Of a DNA stretch of 64,000 nucleotides, positions 29,601 to 41,400 are shown piece by piece. The notes under the pieces are model-generated. The model saw only the letters and a list, made by a program, of their open reading frames with translations. It was not told the DNA's origin and made no database searches. A program made the position numbers and the translations under genes. Source of the DNA: Catajapyx aquilonaris (Eukaryota); the NCBI GenBank assembly GCA_000934665.2, contig JYFJ02000123.1, positions 62,001 through 126,000 on the forward strand. The letters are read 5' to 3'. How positions within the stretch are numbered: the stretch's first letter is position 1; each line of letters begins with the position of its first letter.

Positions 29601-32600
29601 CTCTTCCGACTAGGGGGGGCTGCCGGCCCATTAAAGGCGCGCAGAGAGATGGGATCGCTCTCTGAAAGTGGCCACGACGGTGTTGTTTACTCCACAGAGA
29701 TCGCTTGATTACCTGCAGTCATCTGCAGATGATGGAGAACTCCGAGCACACGCATTGCGCCTACGATAAAACATGGAGGATTCGATATTCAACGTGTGCA
29801 AAAAAAAAAATGCTTCAGCTCTTTTGGCCGTGTTCCTCTTGATTTTGCCGCTTGGCTAAAAGTTCTCCTGAAAATTTTGTTCCGCACTGGCTGAGGCCTG
29901 GGGACCTTCCGGAGTTGTTATCTTCTCTTCCCCTGATGAACTCTCTTCTTTGCAAAGAGCAATCTCTGCACTACTGCAGTCGCGCTTCCATGTGAGGAAA
30001 GTCTCATAAAATCTTTCGGCACAATACGTACCGCCTTGTGGAAGGGAAGCTTTTGCAGAACTTCCTTCGCTTTCAATCGTCCCGCTCTTGTTTTATGGCA
30101 CTGTTCTGCACGTTTTAGCTTTTCCCATTCTCTACTACGTTTTGCTCGATTTTGGGGGTGATTTCGAGATAGTTGGATCAAAAAGTGTCTCGCTCCATCT
30201 GATATCGGATTTGTAATATTTGGACTGTCAATCAATTTCTTCTTTTTAAGACGGATACATGCAGTTTAAATGGCGTATAACACCTTGGTACACTGCACTC
30301 TTTGTCATAAAATTTGTGCAAAAAATCTGTGTAACTATTAACACTCTAAAATGGCGCTCGACTTGTAGCTATTACCCTGCTGATGGTTATATGACGATCG
30401 AACACCATTAGATTTTTTTTTTGGCAAGTCAAACAATACATAATTTATGAACTGTCTCAAAAATATGTGACTGGTACAGTGCGATTGTCCAAATATTTCT
30501 TAAGGGCAAAGTTTAGCTTGTTACCTCTGTCTACTTTAGATCCATGTTATGGCGTGGCTACACAATATATGGCCGGTGCATTTGAGTGGCCCATAACAAA
30601 GGGCTATTTTCCTTTCAAAAGTTAATAAAAACACAAGTTTGAGTTTTGCCGTTTATTCAGGGAGCAGCCGGTGCATGAAGAGAGAGAGGAAACAATCGGG
30701 ATTAAACAATGTGAGAGTGCTGAAGGGATTTCAGTAACAAAATCCCGAAATGACTTCGGGGCTGGGAACCCGCCACCGAGTTTATTCAACTCGATGCCTC
30801 TCTCGTACTTCTCAGTCGGGATGGCTTTTCTGGGCAAAGTTAATAAGGCTTTGTCCGGGTGGAAAAGACAAGCCAGATCCGGGACCCCCACAAAAGGGCT
30901 GCTGTCTCTGAGGGGGGGAGAGTGAGCCACGGGGTGTATATGGGCACCGGATACAGGGAAACGGAACCCCCTCCTTGGCGCCGTTCCCATCCGCAGTCCA
31001 TCGAACCACGGGGAGGCCCAGATGACCACAGCACACAGTGAAACAATTCTGGGGGCCCTGTCCGCGAGAGATTACTCACTCCGGAGTATTGTGTGTCAGA
31101 ACCAGGCCGAAACTGATTCCACACACAATCAGCAGTGCAATCTTCGCCAAATTGCGAAACCTGGTTATCGTTTTACAGGTGGGATCAAGGATGTCACTGT
31201 ATGAAACACTGTCATAATACAGGACCCAAGGTCTACAGTCCGACAATGGAAACAGAGAGCACGTACCCCAAGAGCTGAGTTGGGATTCAATCCATGGTTT
31301 GATGAGTCAGGTGCATAGCAAATGAGGTATTCCGGAGTCGGCGTGATGTCGCAGTGGCGGTCATCTTTTATGGAAAAGCTCATTTTTGCCGTTTGTGGTA
31401 GGCCAACTCTGGTGACTCCCATAATTTAGGGAGAAAAGCGGTTCACTAGGAATATTTTAGGTGAGATTCAAAATACCTAGGGTAGGCTATATTTTTACGA
31501 GTGACTCGCTTTGACCTGTAATAACCTCAGCGAGTGACGCCCATCGATCTAGTCTTTGGTTTGAACCTGAGGCGCGATTTCCGCATCATGGACCCCGAAT
31601 GGACAAGCAACCGGGGCTTCTCTCCTTGCTACCCTGGACCAAATCCATCTGCTGTCTCTTTTCCTGGGGCCATCTTTCCTTCCCTCCTCCACCTCTCCCC
31701 ATGCCTTCCGCCCCCGCTCGGTTTGTCCCTCATGGCAGACATCCTTCGCCACTTGAAGATTCGTGTCACGCCTCCAAGTGGCTGAGCTAACAGGACTTTG
31801 AATTTACTCCGGGATCGTCTCTTTGACGTCTGACGTTAGACACATGCATCTTTATTGGCAAGCCCGCACTGCATTAGTGTTGTAGCATTTTCAAAATGTG
31901 TTACTCAGACATCTTGCACTTTGTTGGTGTTTCGTTGCCTTAGTTGTATATCGCATATATTGATGGCCACATTGTACAGTAGGAGTATGGACAACGTGAC
32001 AGTACAGTGTATGGCTTATCGTACAAGGTGCAAAGGTTAGAGCTGTAGAGTCGTATAGTGAACTCTGAGGACAAACCCAACCTACATATCGTGACAGTTG
32101 CGTGGGATACATCCGATTCGGAGACGAGTGAAACACTCTGGAAAAAAGTTGGAAAAGTAAGCCGATTCAGAAAAAGGTGAAACACTGCGGACATTTTTGA
32201 CAGAGCGTGGAAGAAAGAGACACTAGAAGTTCTGGGATGAAATGCTTGTCAAGTTTCTTGTTGTGCGCCTCTTTCGAGTGTGTATGAAAAGAGATTGGAT
32301 TGGAAGGTCGATTGAAACAGCTTAGTCTCCCTGGCTTAGTGTCTGTCTATAATTATGTTACCAATATTTTGATTGATGCAGATTTAAGCTTATCTAATGT
32401 GAGTGTGACATACTCTATTACCTATTCACTTGCTGATGAACATCTTATAGGAAGATTTAGAAACAGAAGTCTTGACTAACAGACAAATAACCCGAGAGAT
32501 CGATTGTTTTCACTTTATATGAGACAAATCATGGCGCCTTATTGATTCTCTCAATAATGTGCTACTTGTGCACAATCTTTCTACGACACGATTGCGATAC

Positions 32601-33778
32601 AATGAGACGCCTGACAAAACCTCAGTCAGCCTTCATTAGATCCTAATAAAAGAAGGGGGAGATGGTATACCGACAAGAATTTTCATCCACGTCAGCACTT
32701 TTATACAGTACTCTCGGCCCACATGATTCGCTGCCTGAAATGACCACTGGATTTTACCGTCTTCGGAATTGGCTTGCTTTTCCGGCACTTATTTTTCAGA
32801 GAGTGTTTTCACTTTTAGATATGTGGCTTGGCCACATGCTAGCCTGAGCATGAAAGATACGTAAGACAGAGCCGCAACCAACCTGCGCACTCTGTGAGGA
32901 CGAAAGCTTTTAATGTGACAGATATGGGCATGTGTGCTTGTACAGTATCTCATGTATGATACAACATTTTGTACACTGAGAGGGAGTATATCCGGGTTGC
33001 ACAGGTTATTTTTTTGTATGTTTAAATAATGGCTGTAGGGAACAGCTAGGCCTATGTTGCATATAATGACGTACAAGCTAACAATTTTAAAGCACGAAAC
33101 TGCTATACCTATCTGCTACTATACTTTATAGTAGAGATAAGGTAGTATCTGCCCATTATTCCCTCCTCTAACATCGTCAGAGGATCTTTGCCAAGATGTT
33201 ATCCTTGGTGTTACGCAACCAAAGAGCCTCCATTGATGCCCCGGTTGCTCGTTCCGCAGGATAAACTCGATTTTTCTTCCCGTCTCCCCAACCTCCGGGT
33301 CTAGACGTTTTAATCGTGGGAAGATGAGTTTCTCATGCAGGCCAACTTGGTGGCTTTGAAGCGCAAGAGTTCCTCTGGGCACAATTTTCAGAATAAGCTT
33401 TTTTTTGCCTTTCCTTCTTAGCCTGGAATCCCTTTCTTGCGCTCCCGCCCTTCACCCTCCTCTTCCTCCTCCTTTTTTTTGATAAAAATTCTGGTGCCTA
33501 CGTCTTGCAGGGAGGAGGAAAGCATTAGGAGGAAACGTGTCTGGCAAGTTCCATTCCGTGCCTATCTCCATAGCGAGAGAGGCCTTACTTTTCTCTCGCG
33601 TCGGATAACTGATGACTCCGCCATAATTGATCAGGCTTTCACAACGAATGCTGCTGAATCACAAACACATTACCTCCCTCGCCTCTGGATCCTGTTGACT
33701 TGCATTCTTCCTCCGGCAATCATTTTGGGATTAGAGAGACGCACACACACAAAAAAGCCAGAGGTACTTTTCTATACA

Positions 33779-33784
33779 TTTATT
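33779..33784 (-). promoter_or_regulatory. Polyadenylation signal of the Gly/Gln/Tyr-rich protein gene
   Basis: TTTATT on + = AATAAA on -, about 190 nt downstream of the TGA stop at 33975-33973. Confidence 0.65.
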
Positions 33785-33972
33785 GATGTTTATACTGCTG
33801 AGTGTGTAAATGGGTAAATAGTGACGGTTGACCTGTGCTAGTGCAGCAAGTCGTGCGTATAATAAGCGCTGGAATCCGATTTTACACCTCGAATTCGAAA
33901 CGGATTACACTGGATCGCTGGTGTGTTGACAGCCCACCAGCAAACAGAGTCTCACCCCGCAGGGAAATTTCT

Positions 33973-33989
33973 TCAGCGGTAGTACAAAC
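33973..33989 (-). CDS. Gly/Gln/Tyr-rich protein, coding exon 4 ((G)LYYR*)
   Basis: Branch point ACTAAC and TCTTTCAG acceptor; phase 1 completes GGLGGLYYR, which echoes the internal GGLAGLYY motif. Confidence 0.75.
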
Positions 33990-34917
33990 CTGAAAGATTT
34001 GCGTGTTAGTTCACGTTCCCGGGCAACATGTGAAATATACATACCTCCCAGTCCCCCGAAGGGAGTTTTGAGAGCCAGGTTTTTCCCGTAATATTTCTTG
34101 GCTGCCATGAGCTCCATCGTGGATGGGTAGTACAGGCCTGCAAGGCCCCCTAGGCCCCCTTCCATTCCCACATATTGGCCCAGCCCTTGAGGACCCAAGC
34201 CTTGCGAATACATGCCTTGCGAGTACAACCCTTGCCCTCCCAGACCTGAAGATAATCATGATAAAAATACATCAGTAAAGATCCGCCAAGGTCTGCAGCC
34301 AGGAAATATTTTTGTCCGGAAAAGCGCTTGTTATTTCGGGCTACTTTCCAGCCAAAAAAAATTTCCTGGCGGCTGTCCAACCGGACTTATGTCTGGGTTG
34401 TGTGTATAGTAAATGTCAAGCAAGTGATTGATACTTGATGTCATTGTTAGTAACAATATTCGAAACAATAAACAATGAGTTATCATTCACACAACCCAGA
34501 ATGTAGACGGGGTATAACCAGGGTATAACACAAACAAACCTGGGTACATTCCTTTTCCTCCAAGTCCTTGCGAGTACATGCCTTTTCCTGCCAGACCTTG
34601 TGAATACAGCCCTTGTCCTCCTAGTTCTTGGGCGTACATGCCCTGTCCTCCAAGTCCTTGTTGGTACACGCCTTGCTGGTACAATCCTTGCCCTCCAAGC
34701 CCTTGTTGTTGTTGGTATAATCCTTGCCCCAGTCCAAGGTTCTCTCCAGCAGCATTGCCACCAACATAGTACTCCAATCCTCTCTTACCTTTCTCAGCAG
34801 CTGCCTTTTCTTCCTTTGCACCCACCGTGACCACCAGAGCCAGCAGGAACACCTATGTTGAAACACATTATTTCCACGAGCCATCACAAAATTACCGTAA
34901 CTTACACTAAACTTCAT
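33973..34917 (-). CDS. Secreted Gly/Gln/Tyr-rich repeat protein (structural: cuticle/egg-case/cement/silk-like), 4 coding exons, 180 aa
   Basis: complement(join(33973..33989,34045..34245,34540..34852,34906..34917)) = 543 nt, GT-AG introns of 53, 294 and 55 nt, phases 0/1/1 consistent. Protein MKFSVFLLALVVTVGA-KEEKAAAEKGKR-GLEYYVGG...(GLGGQG[L/M]YSQ-type repeats)...GGLGGLYYR*. Signal peptide, KR site, upstream TATA and downstream AATAAA. Confidence 0.88.
34045..34245 (-). CDS. Gly/Gln/Tyr-rich protein, coding exon 3
   Basis: TTATCTTCAG acceptor, G|GTATGT donor; encodes GLGGQGLYSQGMYSQGLGPQ...KTPFGGLG. Confidence 0.88.
34540..34852 (-). CDS. Gly/Gln/Tyr-rich protein, coding exon 2
   Basis: TTTCAACATAG acceptor, CAG|GTTTGT donor; hydrophobic signal core followed by decapeptide repeats. 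Confidence 0.9.
34906..34917 (-). CDS. Gly/Gln/Tyr-rich protein, coding exon 1 (MKFS)
   Basis: ACC-ATG AAG TTT AGT|GTAAGT; a 4-codon first exon is typical of arthropod cuticular/secreted structural protein genes. Confidence 0.85.
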
Positions 34918-34982
34918 GGTCAGAAGCTGTTGGCTAATAAGTAGATCAATTCAAATTAATAGTCACACTTGGGCATCAGCTC

Positions 34983-35040
34983 CTTATATACTCCGAGATT
35001 ATCCAGTATATTAATTGGCGATTTCCGATCAGCCCCGCCC
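34983..35040 (-). promoter_or_regulatory. Core promoter: TATA box (TATATAAG 34990-34983), CCAAT (35018-35014), GC box (GGGCGGGG 35040-35033)
   Basis: Motifs read on the minus strand in canonical order about 65-125 nt upstream of the ATG; predicted TSS near 34960. Confidence 0.7.
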
Positions 35041-36710
35041 ATGTGAAGTGGACCGAGGTGTATAAAAGTGCGACCTTGCAAGCCAAGCGAGTCGAAAAAT
35101 AAGACAAAGCTAGAAGAACACTCACCCACACACACAAAAAAGCGTTCCAGCATCAAGATGACTGGGGAAATCTGGGGAAGAAGCAGCGGGTCTGAAATCT
35201 AGAAACATTTGACTGTTTTATGGCTCTGCCGGATCCGGAAAAGAGAGATTCCGGTTTTCCTCTTCCGCCGGAACGACGTTCCATTTGCACGCCTTCGCTA
35301 TCAAAACGAACCCATCGAAGACTGTATTAATCATAAAGATTGGGGAGGAGTGGGCTAGATGGCCTCGCAGGAATACATACCCTGCTTTTTATGTCGTGTA
35401 CACTCAAAGCTAGGGGAGAATGTACACAACAGATTTATTATTATTATTATACTGTACGATCTTGCCTCCTGATGGTAAAGATTGACGATTTTGAACAATT
35501 GTTTGCAGGCCTTTTAGTTACATTTCATAATGACGTCATCGATTTATGGAAAACGAACTCTTCGGTGTTTCTTTAACTGACACAATCGCAAATCTTATAT
35601 AGAGCCGAAAGTTCCTGGGCTATAAACATCAGACCTAAATATGCTTTCCGCGAGCAAGGTTTAAGCTCCTGGAACATTAAAATCGACGCAATATTCAAAG
35701 CTGGAGTGGAATATGAACTGAAGGAAAGTTGCCAAGTAATCTGAACTTTTTTGGGGTAAGGCAGATCAGGGAGTTAGCAAAAGGGCAAGTGGAATAGAGG
35801 GGAGCGAAAATGCAGACCTTTTGACAGACGGCTGCCGAGTTCCATTTCTGCTCATGGTTGGTCCCCGATTCTCATTCAGAGGGATTTTCCTCCCCCGGAG
35901 TTTCAAGTTTGACTGCGATGGGGGAATTTTAATGACGAAGTAGAAGGTGCAGGGGGATGTTCGGAAGAAGGGAAACTGGAGGATGAGGTACATAAATCCG
36001 CTTTCGACACGTAATATTCAGCCGTTGAACGGATGATTCATTTGGCGTGCGGCTGTCTATGGAGGCAATGAGGGATTCTTACAAAAGGGCCGCTTCCAAT
36101 TTGGCAATCGATTTGGGCCAGGGGGTGCGTCGTCTTTGGAGAAGAGAGGGGGGGGGGACCAGAGAGGAGGATGCTTTTGCCCTGGGAGCAAATGAACTTT
36201 GCTTCGCGCTTCATTTAACGCCAGACACTCTTGGCAAGAGGCAGATCAAATAGAAGCCAACAGAGAGGGCCAGCAATCATAACTTTTTTTTTGTACAGGT
36301 TGTGTGGGGGCCGTGTCCTCACGGGATGATCCGAAAAAAGAGGGAATTTGTCTTCTTCAGAGGGTGGTAATCAGCGTCGTTAAGTTAAGGGGCTTTGTCT
36401 GCTCAGACACTGTTTTTTTTAAGCTTTGCCGACACATGAAAGAAAGGCCGAGGGCATTGATTTCTGGGTTTAGCCGTTATGCAGGAGAGTCGAGGAGGAA
36501 ACAGAAGGAATCGGGGGAGACACAGGAACGCCTAACAATATGTTGCGTTTAGTCGGCCCTTTGTGCTGTGCTAATGAGCCAAATTGGAGGGTCCCCAGCT
36601 GCAGAGACACATCCGAGCCCTGTAAATATTTCGTGCTTAGCCACATTTTGCGCGAGTTTGTAATGATTGCAACCCTGTACCAGAGAAGCCCACTCTGCAT
36701 TTTATGAAAG

Positions 36711-36775
<65 letters not shown>
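36711..36775. repeat. (ATA)n microsatellite
   Basis: About 21 perfect units; source of the poly-Leu ORF at 36637..36918. Confidence 0.97.
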
Positions 36776-36776
<1 letters not shown>

Positions 36777-37981
36777 TAGTTGTTGAAAAAGTGCTTAATT
36801 TTGGTAAAATGATACAGTGTGTCTCATCGTACTTGTGAGTTGTGACAATTTTTGCGTTAAATTTTGCAGGCAGGCTACACTCTGTAGTTGTACTTGGCCG
36901 CTCTGGTTGATTAGCCAAAATCAGGTTGTTCTAAACAACCACAGCAAGCAGTCCTCTCCCTGTGAAAGCAATTGAATTCCCTCTTATGCTGCATAAACAG
37001 GTCAAGTAGGCCTGCAACCGGCGGAATACGAGGTATCTACAGGAGCTAAACTGCCAGCACCGCAGTGCCGCACAGCACAGACGGCGGCGTTGTTTTAAGC
37101 ACATTATTTCACAAGCGGGGGTCAGCTCGGGCACCTCCGGATAGTATAAAAAACAGAGTTGCCCCTGCAATTCAGGATGTTGTAGCATTTTCCCAGTGGG
37201 CAAGTAGGCCGCGATTTAGGGCTCTCATTACTCGCAGTTTTCATGTAACTGGCTTTTGCAGCTGCGACCGAGTCTCCCACAGTCGCGCCGGTACAGTGCG
37301 GTTTATGTAGGTACAGAGTGTGTGCAACACCTGCTTTATAGTATTAGGGTTGCCCCCAAGCCGCCGTGATGAATGGGTGTTGCATGCAGTTGACGCAATC
37401 AACCTTCTGGAAGTGACGAAGAGAAGGGCCTTGGACCAAGGTAGCTGAGCGCGAAGCAAATGCGATTCACAAGGGCGTGGAGTCCTCCCAAGCACAACGC
37501 TATGTCTTCATAAAGTCAAGGCCTGGAACGGGAATCGGAGGTGCCAGGAGCGCAGACAGACTACTGGATGCCCGAGCTATGGATTATTAATCACACGTCG
37601 CCGGATATGTCGAGATTATGACGAGCCCCTGACGCATTCGCTGTTCTTTATGGCGCTGTTTTATGCTGCGCGGCCTTGTTGGCTTTTTTTTTGGCGGGTG
37701 TGTTCGGAGGTTTTGCAGGAAAGTGAATGTCAGGGATGACTGCCGAACATGGGTTGGTATTGATGCCTTTGAATGCAGGTGTTGTGACTGTTTTTTGATG
37801 GATCGGATTTGACGGATTAGTGCTATGTATCATGCTGGTGGCTGCAAGAGGCAGGCGCAATTACTTTGAGGAGCGGTTAAAGGGATAGAATAAGAACGAG
37901 AGTACATTGCTGACAGCAACAAAAAATTGGGAGCAGATTAAACTGGCCGATTACCCCATCTTAAAATTTTCTTAGCAGCGT

Positions 37982-38449
37982 CGAAGCAGGTTGGTGTGGT
38001 GGTTAAGGAGTCCGACTGCTAATCGGGAGGTCCTGGGTTCGATTCCCGGGGCCAGCGATCCTGACCGTGGTTTATTGTGGTTTTCCACGGTCCTCCCAGG
38101 ATAATTCCGTGATTGCTTCCTGTTAATAGGCCACAGCCGCTTCCGTATAAAGGCCCATTCACACAGGCCGTCGACGGTTTTGGTTTTGGTTTTGGTTTTA
38201 GTTTTGGACCAATCAGAGCGGGCCCTCACGGTAACCATGACGCGTTGTTTAAGTGAGGGCCCGTTCTGATTGGTCCAAAACTAAAACCAAAACCAAAACC
38301 AAAACCGTCGACGGCCTGTGTGAATGGGCCTTAATAGGCCACAGCCGCTTCCTTCCTTCCCTATCCGTGGCCCAATCCAATGGTGGTATTCCACCCCCCA
38401 TAACGGAGCGCCGAGTCTCCCAATGCAATGGGGTAAAATAAATAAATAA
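37982..38449 (+). mobile_element. tRNA-derived SINE, copy 1 (interrupted by a MITE)
   Basis: Pol III A box TGGTGTGGTGG and B box GGTTCGATTCC, tRNA-like head, body and (TAAA)n tail closely matching the copy at 55844-56148; degenerate flanking duplication AAAATT..TTAGCAGC on both sides. Confidence 0.9.
38151..38331. mobile_element. 181-bp palindromic MITE, PIF/Harbinger (Tourist-like) type
   Basis: 79-bp inverted arms (38151-38229 and 38253-38331, 1 mismatch), 23-nt spacer, ends AGGCCCATTCACAC...GTGTGAATGGGCCT, flanked by a TAA/TAA duplication. Superfamily is inferred from the 3-bp TAA TSD and GGCCC-type termini. Confidence 0.88.
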
Positions 38450-41400
38450 GTATAAAAATTATTAGCAGCATTATACAAAGGATAATTGGACGGTGTGTTA
38501 TGCAATAATGAGTCAACCCACATGAGAACCGTTTTGAGAATAAGGCCTTTGAATATCATACCTGTGAAATTAATTCAGTGTCATTTTCGGTCATTTGTGG
38601 CAGAAGTATGCAGATTTCACCAGCTTGATTTGAACTGAATGAAGTACGAACCTTTGGGTATGTTAGTGGGCTTCACTCAATTTGTTACATTTTTGTGGGT
38701 TGACATATTGTTGCGTAACACCGTCCAGTTATGCGATAAGTTATACTGAATCTATTTTTTAAAACTGTGAGAGCCACTGTGAGCACTGAAGACACTGTAA
38801 TTGACTTATCCAGCCCAGAGTCGGCTGGAATATTAAGCAGCTCCCGCTGTCTCTTTGTGTTATTGGCCTGTATTACAGTACACTTCGCCTCCTTCTCCTC
38901 TCCAATTTCCACCTGTTTCATCCGCATTGTTGCACCGTATCTCCGTATAATCCCCTGAAACGACTTGGAGCCGTTTTGAATAGCATAGTTTCCAAATTCA
39001 GACGTACCAAGTTTGACAGGAGAGTCATGAGTGCGGCGTGACTTGGCTGCGAGCTTTTGAGGGGGGCGAAACTTGCAAAGGCAAAGACTACTTTGCGTCG
39101 TCGCAAATGCCTCCGACAAAAGAGCACTTTTGGGCTGACAATAGCCGTCAGGATTAAGGAAACGAGAGAAGGAAGGGATGTTACATGAGGGAGACCCGTT
39201 CTATAGAATCCCTCTCTGGAATTTCCTGGCTCCGGATCAGCCCTTTCGTATATAAGAAAAAAAGAGATTGTTCTACAGTATAAGCTCGACGAGTGGAAGG
39301 ATTAAACGTACACTAAGAAATGAACCCTGTGCTTTTTACAAAAGCAGACACCCCACCAAAAAACTCAGGATCCCGTGACATTCCAAACATATTCGCTGCC
39401 TGAAAACTTGCAAGAATTTAATTCATTATGGGGCCGCGGGTTAGAAAAGGTCTCTCCGAAAACTAATTACAGGGATTCAAGACTCCTTCCGGGGACACAT
39501 TTTCTTAAGGCGAAAGGGTGGACCTAGTTCGATCGTATAGATAAGAACCTGGGGGCTGTTGTCATCCACTTTGGCTGCGGGGGAATCCCGTGTCTCGGAA
39601 GTGGTGGTAATTGAGCCGAGCTGGAAGGGACCAATTGGGGAAGAACACGCTGGAGGAGAAAGAGTACCCGGTTCTTCCCCTCTTCTCCCCCTTTTTTGAA
39701 CAGGATGACTTGTAGGGCTCCTTTCCAGTTCCCGCAGGATGTCCGTAAATCAGGCGAATGAGAAGTGCGGAATTGGACGGGAGGCTTTGCACTTGCACTA
39801 ATTACAATCAGGCTTCAGGAAGTCGGGCGTTTCTACACGTGTCCTGGTGGCGAGTACAATGAGAAATTGTATGAAAAGAATAAGTGAGAATCTCAGATTA
39901 TTTTGTATTATGTCACTTGAACTTCATGGGCAAGTTTTTGACCAAAGCGATATCCACAATGGAATGGCTTTTCGCAGAAAATATTAGTCGGCTGTGGTTT
40001 TTTCTGCGCCTCGGTGCTTAGCAGATATTTCCACTCAGCAAAAATAAAATCGCGGTTCCATTAAGAATGGAAACAAAAAAGAAGAAGATGAGAGCGCTTG
40101 ATCCCTGGAAAAAATACGACTACACAGTAAAAGCTGGTGGGGATGGAAAGGGGAATGATCCGAAAATCCGTAAAGATTTCTTCAGCAGTAAGGGAACGCA
40201 TTCTCTGTGAATGATTAATATGGATGGGGGGAGAGATAAACTTCTTTTCGGCAGGGGATCATGCTATCTGTGAGCGCCTCGTCAGTGGCTGCCAATCTTC
40301 TTAAGAAAAACCCTGCCAAAGACTTATTTTTCCCAGGAGATTCCTCGTTTGTCTCTCATTGGCCATTTTATACCTCAAAAGTACATGTCGGGTGAGCAAC
40401 TTGAGGTCGCGGTAGAATTACCTTGGCTTTCGCTTCAGAGGATCGGAGGTCGGTTCAATTCTCTGAAAGGCTTTTCGCCATGGTAAAAGGCCTGTTGCGA
40501 AGAGTGGAGGGGGGGGGGGTCTTCCCCTATAAGAAAAGGAGGCAAAAACAGCATCTGGAATTGAAATCGACAGGAGTTCAATTATGGAGAATGGAGGAGG
40601 GGGGAGAAGAGATTCCCCCATTCAAAAAATGCACGTTCCAGCCGTTTCCCATTGCGGTCGCCTGGTGCTGAGATTTCTTCCTTGGGGAAGAGGTTGGAGG
40701 GGTTTTGGGGGGAGAAAAAGATTTCGTTTTCCTCTCGTGCCCAATTTTTTGAGGGAGTTTGCTGAAAATGCATTGGTTGGGGGGGATATCTTGTACCGGG
40801 AGGAATTCTATTTGCGAAATCTGATTCCTCACATTATGTGCGTTAGGTCCACTTGAAACGTGAGGCGGGAGATTCACAAGTGGGTGTTTGTGCATGCTGG
40901 ATCCCTCTCTTGAGAGGAGGATGGGGTTTAAATTTCGCTGTGTAGCACCACCTGGACGGTTACGTGCTGCTTTCAGGTGACACGCCATTCCGTTATTTAG
41001 TGGGCATGAGAATGTTTCCGTCCACGTTTGTAGTTTTTTTTCTATCGAAATGGAGTGTAGGCCTATAGGCTACTCTCACAGTGGCTATTGAATTTTAAAA
41101 AGCTGAATTAATAAAGCACCACTTTGGTTTTGGCTGTCCAGGCATTTTAATGTATTTCAGTATTCACACTGCATATAAAGTTTCATATGAACTGATTTGA
41201 AATGTAGGAAACCTGGCCACCAGGAAGTTCCATTCGAGGAAGCTGTGTTACGCCATGCCTAATTCGATCAAAATGTGACCAAATCGATTTGCATTTCAGG
41301 TCCTCATATATTCTAGAACTGGCTGGTCCGTCAATTGTGACAAAAATGTATAGCCATTCACTTCCCACAAGTGGGGGTTGCAAACGTCGAGTAAGAGCCA

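Noticed and set aside
34578..34769. Cys/Pro-rich plus-strand ORF (PCEYSPCPPS...) resembling keratin-associated or metallothionein proteins
   Set aside because: Antisense shadow of the Gly/Gln/Tyr repeats; signal peptide, splice sites, TATA and polyA all support the minus strand.
37986..38058. tRNA-Ser(GCT)-like gene (also at about 56072-56144, minus strand)
   Set aside because: Poorly paired acceptor stem, no long variable arm as expected for Ser, and it continues into a shared body, simple-repeat tail and TSD: a SINE head.
41058..41072. TAGGCTA/TAGCCTA motifs as a second footprint class
   Set aside because: Only about 6 seen, which is not above rough chance expectation.
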